Assembly: GCA_021735655.1 (NCBI GenBank)
Contig: JAIPGM010000003.1
Coordinates: 192,001 to 256,000, forward strand
DNA length: 64,000 nt
From: Candidatus Omnitrophota bacterium
GTDB taxonomy: Bacteria; Omnitrophota; Gorgyraeia; Duberdicusellales; 4484-171
Direction: 5' to 3'
Below, in pieces: positions 55,974 through 63,737 of this stretch (within the stretch, counting starts at the first letter, position 1; the number at the start of each line of letters is the position of its first letter). The position numbers and the translations under genes were made by a program. The notes beneath the pieces are model-generated. The model was given only the letters and a program-made list of their open reading frames with translations, made no database searches and was not told the origin of the DNA.

Positions 55974-57538
55974 AAAATAGATTGAATAAAAAGGCTCGAG
56001 GTAACCGGCGTATTTTTGGGGCTTTCGGAGTCTTGATTTTGGCGGCTCTTTTTCTTAGCTCAAGCTATTTCTTTGAATATTCATTTGCTCAAACACACCC
56101 TTTTCTAAAATATTTCCCAGCCAATGAAGAAATAATTACTTATTCTACCGATGGATTTAGCGGTTATCCTTTAGCTTTAACTGAAATAACAAACTGTACT
56201 CCGCCCAGTTTTGGCGGAGTAGATTTATTTAAGGCTCTAGCTGATTGTAATGCTTGTATGGGTTGGAAGGAGGGCTGCGCTGATTGTTGTATTAATCCAA
56301 CAACTCCGCCAGAGTACTTTTGTGCTCCCAGTGCAACGGATCCTGGGCCTAGTGGTGGATATAATCCAGTGCCTTTTAGTGAAAATTGCGACGGCTCAAC
56401 TCGAGTTTCCTGTACTACCTGTGGTCCTACCTTTTGTGGTCTTGATCCTGTGTTTGATAATTGTACTGGCTTTAATCCCTTGAATGTTGTTAGTGGCGAT
56501 ATTCCTAATTGTCAGCAGGCAGGATGTCCGATTTCAGATGATTATAGCTCTGTTGGTTGCGTTAGTGTTGGTTCCCCTCCTGAAACATATTGCATTGGAG
56601 ATAAAACTCCTCTTGATAAAGGTTGTGTTCCTGTAACTGAAGCCCAAGCAGTAGCAAGCTTGGGGTATAATCCGTTATTCCATACTTCAAGCACTGGGAG
56701 TGATTTTTATACAGTTACTACTCATCCAGCTGGGACTTTTAACGATACTGATGACGTTACAGTTGCCTTTGATAATGAAGGCATAACTTTTGATCCAGAC
56801 AATGATCCCTGCTTTCAGTATGGTCCAGGAGCCTTTTTAAATTATATTAATTCTTGTTCTGTTTATGCTGATGCTGCAGAGGTTGGATTTAAGGATAATC
56901 ACTGTTGTCAGTCTGGAGTATGTAGTGGTGCGGGCATGGGCGAGTGCGATACTAGCGGTGGCAATACAGCTACTATAGCCGATGACGGTGGTTGTACGAG
57001 CATAATGAATAATTGGGATAATCTTATACCTGTTTCTGCAGGGGTTAGTAAAAATTGCCATGCAGTTCAAGCTTTTGAATGTGTTGCTTTGCAAGAATTA
57101 GTAAATAACTGCATACAGAGTAATAACCAGTCTGAATGTAGTGCTTGTTTTGTTGAAATTGATTCAGATTTTCGCTATGAATTTGTGCCAAAAAGCGGAG
57201 AGTCTTTAGTTCTTGTTTGGCTTATTGAGGCGGTACCTGATATGCCAGCGGGCATGAACCCTAATTTTAATACCTATTTTTATAGCATGGTTAGGGTATT
57301 TGAACAGGGTGGAAGCGAACTCGGTCTTCCTACGAATATTGTACATCAGAAAAATTTTACTTCCGCCTTTAGTGTTTTTGGCGCAACATCAATAGATTCA
57401 TCATGGCTTACACCGGGTAAAAAATACGAAATAAGGGTATCTTATTTTATACCTAACGACTCTAATATTCCTCTTGGCGAACACTTAACGATGACCGTAA
57501 ACCGCATGGAACTGGATGTTTTCAGAGTGCGGGAGTAG
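55967..57538 (+). CDS. cysteine-rich secreted or membrane-anchored protein with no recognisable homology; a putative pilus-associated adhesin. The start is a TTG at 55967 or a GTG at 55970.
   Basis: N-terminal signal-anchor KKARGNRRIFGAFGVLILAALFL. About 30 Cys occur in residues 75-390, for example ADCNACMGWKEGCADCC and HCCQSGVCSGAGMGEC. The C-terminal ~130 aa are Cys-free and beta-rich. Lysine is almost absent, unlike the rest of the window. Confidence 0.6.
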   Translation: MVKNRLNKKARGNRRIFGAFGVLILAALFLSSSYFFEYSFAQTHPFLKYFPANEEIITYSTDGFSGYPLALTEITNCTPPSFGGVDLFKALADCNACMGWKEGCADCCINPTTPPEYFCAPSATDPGPSGGYNPVPFSENCDGSTRVSCTTCGPTFCGLDPVFDNCTGFNPLNVVSGDIPNCQQAGCPISDDYSSVGCVSVGSPPETYCIGDKTPLDKGCVPVTEAQAVASLGYNPLFHTSSTGSDFYTVTTHPAGTFNDTDDVTVAFDNEGITFDPDNDPCFQYGPGAFLNYINSCSVYADAAEVGFKDNHCCQSGVCSGAGMGECDTSGGNTATIADDGGCTSIMNNWDNLIPVSAGVSKNCHAVQAFECVALQELVNNCIQSNNQSECSACFVEIDSDFRYEFVPKSGESLVLVWLIEAVPDMPAGMNPNFNTYFYSMVRVFEQGGSELGLPTNIVHQKNFTSAFSVFGATSIDSSWLTPGKKYEIRVSYFIPNDSNIPLGEHLTMTVNRMELDVFRVRE

Positions 57539-57621
57539 GGATTATATAGACGCCATTGAGGGAAGAGATTAGTATAGATTAAGTATTAGGAAAAAGAAAG
57601 ATGAGTACAAGGAGGTACAAA

Positions 57622-58461
57622 ATGAAAAAGATAGCAATTTTGGCTATAGTTTCTATGTTGGTTCTGCCTCTGTTGGGTTTTGCTCAAGAAGGCCAGAATA
57701 TTGCAGTAGCACCTTTGGTGATTTCTGATGAAGGAAGCGGGACATTTACCTTAATTGAAACCCGTTGGCCTGACTTTTACAAGTACGTTCCAGCTGGGGG
57801 TTGTAGTGGATTGAGTAATTACAGTAAGAAGCGAAAGATTGAAGGAACTCCAACTTCACTTTATCCAATTTGTGGCAGTATGTTCTGCTATGTTACTGAC
57901 GCTATCGATCCATCAACCGGCACTCTTCACAGCTATCCGAATGCCGGGGCTCCAGCAGGTTATAACGTAGTTTATGAATATGCACCTAGTAATGCTGAGT
58001 ATGTTCCAATTTCTGACTTAGGAGCAACAGTTAACTTCGATGGCGACTGGGCTGAGTATCGTGATGTGGCTAGAATTTTGGTTACCTGGACAATTAGGCT
58101 TGAAGGTTATAAGAATATTATCCAGCCTAACCGAAAACATGATCCTTGGTTTAGTGGTGGTTGTGGTGGAACTACCTATCAATCTTTTCCCGAAGGTGAT
58201 GTTTATACGAAGTTGTTCGTTAATGGCTCACCTATAGGTAATCCGGCCATAATGACTATACCTTATGGCGGAAAGGGTTCAGCCTCAGGCGTAGTTGATC
58301 CAACCCATACCGGAAGCGTTGCGCTTACACCGGACATGTTCGGAGGATCTTTCCCAGCAACTTTGAATCTTGCAATTAAGGCTTACAATGACACTTGCAT
58401 GTCAGTTCAAAGTCCTAATGGCATGAGGAATTTAGTTGTTACAGTAACACCGATTAACTAG
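57622..58461 (+). CDS. secreted protein of unknown function (Sec signal peptide). The start is the ATG at 57622 behind an AAGGAGG; the track ORF starts at 57601.
   Basis: Signal MKKIAILAIVSMLVLPLLGFA|QEG and six Cys (CSG, ICGSMFC, GGCGG, DTC). No family recognised. Confidence 0.6.
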   Translation: MKKIAILAIVSMLVLPLLGFAQEGQNIAVAPLVISDEGSGTFTLIETRWPDFYKYVPAGGCSGLSNYSKKRKIEGTPTSLYPICGSMFCYVTDAIDPSTGTLHSYPNAGAPAGYNVVYEYAPSNAEYVPISDLGATVNFDGDWAEYRDVARILVTWTIRLEGYKNIIQPNRKHDPWFSGGCGGTTYQSFPEGDVYTKLFVNGSPIGNPAIMTIPYGGKGSASGVVDPTHTGSVALTPDMFGGSFPATLNLAIKAYNDTCMSVQSPNGMRNLVVTVTPIN

Positions 58462-58475
58462 AATTAAAGAAGACA

Positions 58476-58518
58476 AGACATAGAGGGCTAATTCCGGCCC
58501 TCTATGTCTATTTATTAT
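58476..58518 (+). terminator. rho-independent terminator after the secreted-protein gene
   Basis: A 13-bp perfect stem, AGACATAGAGGGC / GCCCTCTATGTCT, with an 8-nt loop and followed by ATTTATTAT. Confidence 0.55.
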
Positions 58519-58596
58519 AGGTAAAGTTTATCTTTCTTATTGGCCTTTCTGGCGTTATAATATTTATAGTTCGTTAAAATAAAAGTTGTTTTATAA

Positions 58597-59493
58597 ATGA
58601 AACATAAGGGATTAACCCTCATTGAGATAGTAGTTTCGGTAGTTTTAATCGGTATAGCTTTAATTGCTTTGGGAACAGCTTTAGTTACCGGAAAACACTT
58701 CATAAAAAGAGCTGAAAATGACGGCCGCGCTTTAAGCATAGCCTTGTCGCACAAAGAAGAACTTCTTAGTCGTTCTTATGACCATGCTGATTTATGTCCG
58801 GGTCTTTTTGGTTCCTCTTGTACGCAGAGTAATCCGGTTGGGTCGCCGGTAGATGGTTTTTTTAATTGGACCACGGTAGTAACTAATCGACGGGCTTGCA
58901 ACACCGGTAGCACTCGTTGTATTCCCTATAAAGAAATTATTGCTCAAGTTAATTATCCTGAAGAGGCAATCTCTGGCGCTAACAGTGGCATAACTAAAAG
59001 AGTTACCGTAAAGGATATAATTCCTTTTCCTAAGGTGCATCTTAGTGAGGCTAATACTGGGGTAGTTACCTGTGATGCTGCTGCTGGATGTGAAGTCCTT
59101 TTTGGCATTGGTAATGAAACAGTAGTTGGATCCGGTGGCGATTCCTTATCAATAGATCTTCCGGCTTACCCAGTAGAAAAAGATCTTTTAGTTATTTACA
59201 ATATTGCAATTAATATCGAATTAAACGGAGCAGGCATTCAAAATGCCGATAATATAGTAACTAGGTCCAGGATTATAAATAACGATAGCGGTGCTGTAAC
59301 CTGGAGTTCAATGGTGACAGTTACCCCGATTATGTCTCAGGCAGTAATTAATAGTGTTTCAAGAATTTCTATTCCTGCTGCCGGTGTTAATGATCCCCAT
59401 ACGATTGAGGTACGTTGGTATAAGCAACAAAATAGAGGTCAAATATCTGTTAAGCGATCTAGTTTGACAGTGCTTGCTTTTGAAAGGGATTAA
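58597..59493 (+). CDS. large pseudopilin-like protein (prepilin-type N-terminus, 298 aa; GspK/PilW/PilX-like size)
   Basis: MKHKG|LTLIEIVVSVVLIGIALIALGTAL with Gly-1 and Glu+5, and six Cys in the globular part. Confidence 0.7.
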   Translation: MKHKGLTLIEIVVSVVLIGIALIALGTALVTGKHFIKRAENDGRALSIALSHKEELLSRSYDHADLCPGLFGSSCTQSNPVGSPVDGFFNWTTVVTNRRACNTGSTRCIPYKEIIAQVNYPEEAISGANSGITKRVTVKDIIPFPKVHLSEANTGVVTCDAAAGCEVLFGIGNETVVGSGGDSLSIDLPAYPVEKDLLVIYNIAINIELNGAGIQNADNIVTRSRIINNDSGAVTWSSMVTVTPIMSQAVINSVSRISIPAAGVNDPHTIEVRWYKQQNRGQISVKRSSLTVLAFERD

Positions 59494-59498
59494 AAGCT

Positions 59499-60071
59499 AT
59501 GAATAGCAAAGGCTTTACTTTAATTGAGATGATTGTAGTTTTACTTGTTATTAGTTTTATAATGATTACCATTACTTCTATAGCAATTTTTTTTACCCGC
59601 CAAGTTAATTTAAGTAGGGAAAGAACGAATATGTGGAGTCAGCTAGAATATACCGTTAGTGATATGCGTACTCGTTGCGTTAGCGCTGTCACCACTATTA
59701 CCCCGCTTAGCCCTTGCGGAAGTATCACTATTAATGGTACTAGTGGTAGTAACTTTACCTTTAACGGTGAGGCAGATATATATAGTATTACTCCTGATAA
59801 TATTACTGATAATGTAAATTATACCTATAGCATACAGAATGACGGAGCCTTGATTTTACAGACTACTGGAGGCGTTACTGATGTTTTAATTGATGGAAAA
59901 TATAACCCCGAGCTAATCTTTGAACACCATTGCGAAGTCGTTGGCGGGGTGACTATTCCTGATGAGCCACATTTTATTAGGGTTAACCTTACACTTGAAA
60001 ACGTTAGCTTCGGTCTTAATGCTTCTCGGGAAGACGCAATACGTTTTTGGTTTTTGGATGTAGTACAATGA
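59499..60071 (+). CDS. minor pilin / pseudopilin (PilV/GspI-J-like)
   Basis: MNSKG|FTLIEMIVVLLVISFIMITI with a canonical Gly-1, Phe+1 and Glu+5. Length is 190 aa. Confidence 0.75.
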   Translation: MNSKGFTLIEMIVVLLVISFIMITITSIAIFFTRQVNLSRERTNMWSQLEYTVSDMRTRCVSAVTTITPLSPCGSITINGTSGSNFTFNGEADIYSITPDNITDNVNYTYSIQNDGALILQTTGGVTDVLIDGKYNPELIFEHHCEVVGGVTIPDEPHFIRVNLTLENVSFGLNASREDAIRFWFLDVVQ

Positions 60072-60460
60072 TAGCAATTGTAATTTCAATCACAGTTTCT
60101 CTTTCTATTCTCTTGAGTGCTTTTGTATCTTTTAGCCCGAGCTTTAAAGCTATAGTTGAAGGAGAGATTAAACGTAAAGCTCAAGAAAGCGCTTGGGTTT
60201 ATGCTTCGAAAAGCGGTCAACTTATTGAACGGGCTAATTCTGATGGTAACCCTCCGGATAACTTTACCTGTGTTACTGCGGCTAGTGCCTGGAATTGCAT
60301 GGGAACTGTTCCGATGCGAGAGGAAGAGTCAGGCGGCGTTTGGACTGACACTGAACATGTATGTATAGAAGTCAGTCGGTCGGCACCTGCTTTTCCGGAT
60401 TTACCTAAAATTACAGTAGAAAATGTTACTTCTAGTAGCCAAACTTGCCCCCATCACTAA
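60068..60460 (+). CDS. small membrane-anchored protein with a pilin-like hydrophobic N-terminus but no canonical cleavage motif (PilX-like?). The ATG at 60068 overlaps the preceding stop as ATGA.
   Basis: MIAIVISITVSLSILLSAFVSF N-terminal helix, Cys-containing C-terminus (FTCVTAASAWNCMG; HVCIEV; QTCPHH), and translational coupling. Confidence 0.5.
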   Translation: MIAIVISITVSLSILLSAFVSFSPSFKAIVEGEIKRKAQESAWVYASKSGQLIERANSDGNPPDNFTCVTAASAWNCMGTVPMREEESGGVWTDTEHVCIEVSRSAPAFPDLPKITVENVTSSSQTCPHH

Positions 60461-61341
60461 AGATAATGGTTTCAGGACAAACTTCAAGCCTATCTTGTTC
60501 TAAGCCGGCTTGGCTTAAAAAAAATATAAATTTGAGTTTGAATCATAAGCTAAAGACAAGGCTACGTAATCTTTCTTTAAATACGGTTTGTGAGGAATCT
60601 CGTTGTCCTAATATTTCTGAGTGTTTTTCTAAGCAGGTTGCAACTTTTTTAATTTTAGGTGATGTTTGTACTCGAGGTTGTAGTTTTTGCCTTATTGGTA
60701 AAGGTAAACCAGGCCAACTTGATTTTAATGAACCGCAGAGGATAGCGCAGGCAGCTAAACTTTTGAATTTAAATTATCTAGTTATTACTTCTCCTACTCG
60801 CGATGATCTTCTTGACGGAGGGGCAGCAATTTTTGTAGAAACCGTAAGAGAGATTCTAGCTTTAGATCCTAAAAAAAGAGTTGAGCTCTTGATACCTGAT
60901 TTTTTGGGGAAAAAAGACTCTATTGAAAAGGTAGTCGAATCAGGAGCAGAAACTATAGCTCACAATCTAGAAACTGTTCCTAAGTTATATAAGAAGGTAA
61001 GGAAAGGTGCCAGTTATCGGCGTTCCTTATTTGTTCTGGAGACTACAAAGAAGTTGAACCAGCGAATTTTTACTAAGACGGGTTTAATGTTCGGCTTGGG
61101 CGAAAAGGAAAAGGAGGTTAAGAGGGTCTTGGCTGATTTAAATTCTATAGGTTGTGATTTTTTAACTCTCGGTCAATATTTACCTCCTTCGCGAAATAAT
61201 TACCCTTTAAAAAGTTATGTTCATCCTGATACTTTTGATTATTTTAAAAATTATGCTTTAAAATTAGGTTTTAAGAATGTTATTAGTGGTCCCTACGTTC
61301 GTTCTTCATATATGGCTCATTTAATGAGTTCCGGCCTTTAA
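60445..61341 (+). CDS. lipA: lipoyl synthase
   Basis: N-terminal KPAWLKK, auxiliary cluster Cys (CEESRCPNISEC) and radical-SAM CTRGCSFC. Confidence 0.88.
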   Translation: MPPSLKIMVSGQTSSLSCSKPAWLKKNINLSLNHKLKTRLRNLSLNTVCEESRCPNISECFSKQVATFLILGDVCTRGCSFCLIGKGKPGQLDFNEPQRIAQAAKLLNLNYLVITSPTRDDLLDGGAAIFVETVREILALDPKKRVELLIPDFLGKKDSIEKVVESGAETIAHNLETVPKLYKKVRKGASYRRSLFVLETTKKLNQRIFTKTGLMFGLGEKEKEVKRVLADLNSIGCDFLTLGQYLPPSRNNYPLKSYVHPDTFDYFKNYALKLGFKNVISGPYVRSSYMAHLMSSGL

Positions 61342-61576
61342 TAGTATATATACTAAATACTTTCCTAAGTATTTACTTATCAATCAGAAAGACAGGGTAT
61401 TTTTTAGGATAAGTGAGCTTATTTCCTGATAATTTTAGAAGGGGGCTTTGTACACAATATCTAGTGGCATAGTCAAAAGCATACAATATATTGAAAATAG
61501 CGTTAAATCGTAGGAAATTATGCTTGACAGAGGTAAACAAAGATAATTTAATAGAGATATAACCATTTTATAACAA

Positions 61577-61762
61577 ATGATAAAGAGAAAGGCAGTTCCT
61601 CGGTTGATGAGTGTTGATGAGTTGGCAGATTATTTAGGTCTGCAGAAGCAGACTATTTATAATTGGCTACACTTAAAGAAGATTACCGGAATAAAAATCG
61701 GTAAAGTTTGGCGTTTTGATCGTAAGTATATTGATCAGTGGCTGAAAAAGTGTAGTGAGTGA
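61577..61762 (+). CDS. small helix-turn-helix DNA-binding protein (excisionase/AlpA-like HTH_17 family)
   Basis: LMSVDELADYLGLQKQTIYNWL...KIGKVWRF is the MerR-superfamily excisionase-type HTH. Length is 61 aa. Confidence 0.6.
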   Translation: MIKRKAVPRLMSVDELADYLGLQKQTIYNWLHLKKITGIKIGKVWRFDRKYIDQWLKKCSE

Positions 61763-61768
61763 TAAGTT

Positions 61769-63256
61769 ATGGCTAAAACAGTAGGATTATATTTGGGTGT
61801 AGATACTTTAGGGGTAGCAGTAGTCAGCGGCCGCAATCTCGTTAATTTTAATCAGTTTAACCTTTCTGTTGCCGAAGAGTCTAAACAGGGAGTGGTAAAT
61901 GAGGATGTCCGCTTAGAAGCTTCAATTAATAAAGCACTCAGAGAAGCGGGTGTTGTTAGTGAGAGCATATACCTTTCTTTAGCTGATCGAGATTTTATTT
62001 TTCGTTCTCTTGAAATGCCACTCATGCGTAAGGGCGAGATTGAGTCATCTTTGGTTTATGAAGTTGAGAAGTATATACCTTTTAAGATGACTGAGTTGGA
62101 GTGGACCTACGCCAGCGTGCGTTCAGCCAAAGAGAAAAAGATGAATATATCTTTTGTCGGCATCCGGGACAAAAATCTAGGGCGGATTAGAGATATCTTG
62201 GGTCGTTTGGATCTTGGTATTATTTTTATTGAGCCATCTTCTTTATCTCTATTTAGGGCACTTAAGACCTTGAAGCGGTTCTCAAAAATAAAGGATTTTG
62301 CCCTTTTGGACATTACAAAGACCGAATCCCATCTTACTTTTTTCCAGGATGAACTTCCGGTATTCAACCGTTATCTTACTATTCCTAAGAAGGAAGACTC
62401 TTTTGACACCGGTAAATTTTCCGAATCAGTAGATTTTTCTTTTCAGTACTTTAAACGTGAATTTCGTTCTTATAAACTTGATAAGTTTATCTTGGTCAGT
62501 GACATTGAGAGTAAAGAGTTAGCTTCTAGCCTTGAAGAAGGGCTACAGGTTTCAGTTGAGGCTGTTTCTTCTTCTGATATAGCCAATCGTAATGATGCCA
62601 GCGTTGAAAGCATGAAGGCTTTCGGGGCAGCAGTTCAAGATCAATTCCCTTCAGTTTTTAAATCAAGCTTCAGGAAGACCCAGATTTCTAAAGAAGGAGA
62701 GATGATTGAGATTGGCGTTGATGCTCCCGACTTAAGGATAGGTTTAATCGGAGCTCTTTTAGGTATAGGTTTGGTAGCTGCTTTTTTTACTTCTATTATT
62801 ATGGGCAATGAGGTTGTTGAAAAGAAAGCTTATGTAAATAGGCAAAGAGAGGAAGTTGTTGTTCCTAAAGGGCTTGAAAACTTTTCTTGGGATCAGTATC
62901 CGGAGGTTGTTAAGGATCTAGAGAAAAAGACCAAAGAGTTAAAAGATTCTCAAGAGTCATTTAGTAATCTTGCTAATATTTTTGAAGCTTTAAGTAGCCG
63001 CAGGGTTTTACCGGAAGGGTTGTGGCTTGAGAATTTTAGAATTACTCGTCAGAAGGGAACTAGTAATGGAAAGGTAACCGGATATCTGTTTCGTGACGAC
63101 GATCAAGATGAGCGTTCGGGCTTAGATGATTTTGTTTCCAGGCTTAAGGCCGAGCCCTCATTACAACAAGCTTTTCCGACCATTGAAATTGATTTTTCTA
63201 AGCGACAAACTAAAAAGGAATTTGAAGTTACCTATTTTTCTATAACTTTAAAGTAA
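61769..63256 (+). CDS. pilM: type IV pilus assembly PilM-PilN fusion protein (GspL-like architecture)
   Basis: Residues 1-320 are a PilM/FtsA-like actin-fold ATPase (MAKTVGLYLGVDTLGVAVVSG). A TM helix follows (LIGALLGIGLVAAFFTSIIMG), then a ~150-aa periplasmic PilN-like domain. Confidence 0.7.
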   Translation: MAKTVGLYLGVDTLGVAVVSGRNLVNFNQFNLSVAEESKQGVVNEDVRLEASINKALREAGVVSESIYLSLADRDFIFRSLEMPLMRKGEIESSLVYEVEKYIPFKMTELEWTYASVRSAKEKKMNISFVGIRDKNLGRIRDILGRLDLGIIFIEPSSLSLFRALKTLKRFSKIKDFALLDITKTESHLTFFQDELPVFNRYLTIPKKEDSFDTGKFSESVDFSFQYFKREFRSYKLDKFILVSDIESKELASSLEEGLQVSVEAVSSSDIANRNDASVESMKAFGAAVQDQFPSVFKSSFRKTQISKEGEMIEIGVDAPDLRIGLIGALLGIGLVAAFFTSIIMGNEVVEKKAYVNRQREEVVVPKGLENFSWDQYPEVVKDLEKKTKELKDSQESFSNLANIFEALSSRRVLPEGLWLENFRITRQKGTSNGKVTGYLFRDDDQDERSGLDDFVSRLKAEPSLQQAFPTIEIDFSKRQTKKEFEVTYFSITLK

Positions 63257-63257
63257 A

Positions 63258-63737
63258 ATGAAAGAATTAGCGCGTTATAAAAATATTGTTGTTAGTTTGT
63301 TTATTGTACTTATCGTTGCAATATCGCTACGCAGTATTTACTCTAACTATTCTCTAAAGCTCAAAAAATTATCAGAAGAGGAAGTACAGATAAAAGAGGC
63401 TAAGGATATTATATTTGAATGGATAAACCTTAACAGTAAACTTGAACAGCTTAGAAGCCAGTTTTTGGAAAAAGACACAATTCTTTTTAAGAAGCTTGTT
63501 GAAGAAAAAGCAAGGCTGGCTAAGATTGATCTTCCTTCCTTGCGACTTTCGCGTATTGATAAAGATTCTTATTGGGAGGTTAGGGTAAGGCTTAACACCA
63601 CTTGTCCTTATAGTAATTTTGTAGAGTTTGTTGATTCCCTCGCTGATAAAAATATAGAGGTAGTTACCGCAAGCTTGAGTGGTGATAGAGAAAAAGTAGC
63701 GGTTGATGCTGAGATAAAGGGGGTTGTTCTTAAATGA
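63258..63737 (+). CDS. pilO: type IV pilus assembly protein PilO-like (bitopic)
   Basis: N-terminal TM IVVSLFIVLIVAISL, a coiled-coil and a ferredoxin-like periplasmic domain. Position follows pilMN. Confidence 0.55.
   Translation: MKELARYKNIVVSLFIVLIVAISLRSIYSNYSLKLKKLSEEEVQIKEAKDIIFEWINLNSKLEQLRSQFLEKDTILFKKLVEEKARLAKIDLPSLRLSRIDKDSYWEVRVRLNTTCPYSNFVEFVDSLADKNIEVVTASLSGDREKVAVDAEIKGVVLK

Noticed and set aside
56250-60368. Short track ORFs nested in the Cys-rich and pilin genes (56250-56483, 56837-57094 on the minus strand, 58040-58237, 58515-59040 on the minus strand, 60156-60368)
   Set aside because: All are alternative or antisense frames within longer ORFs that have signal peptides or pilin motifs. 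They have no RBS or family signal.
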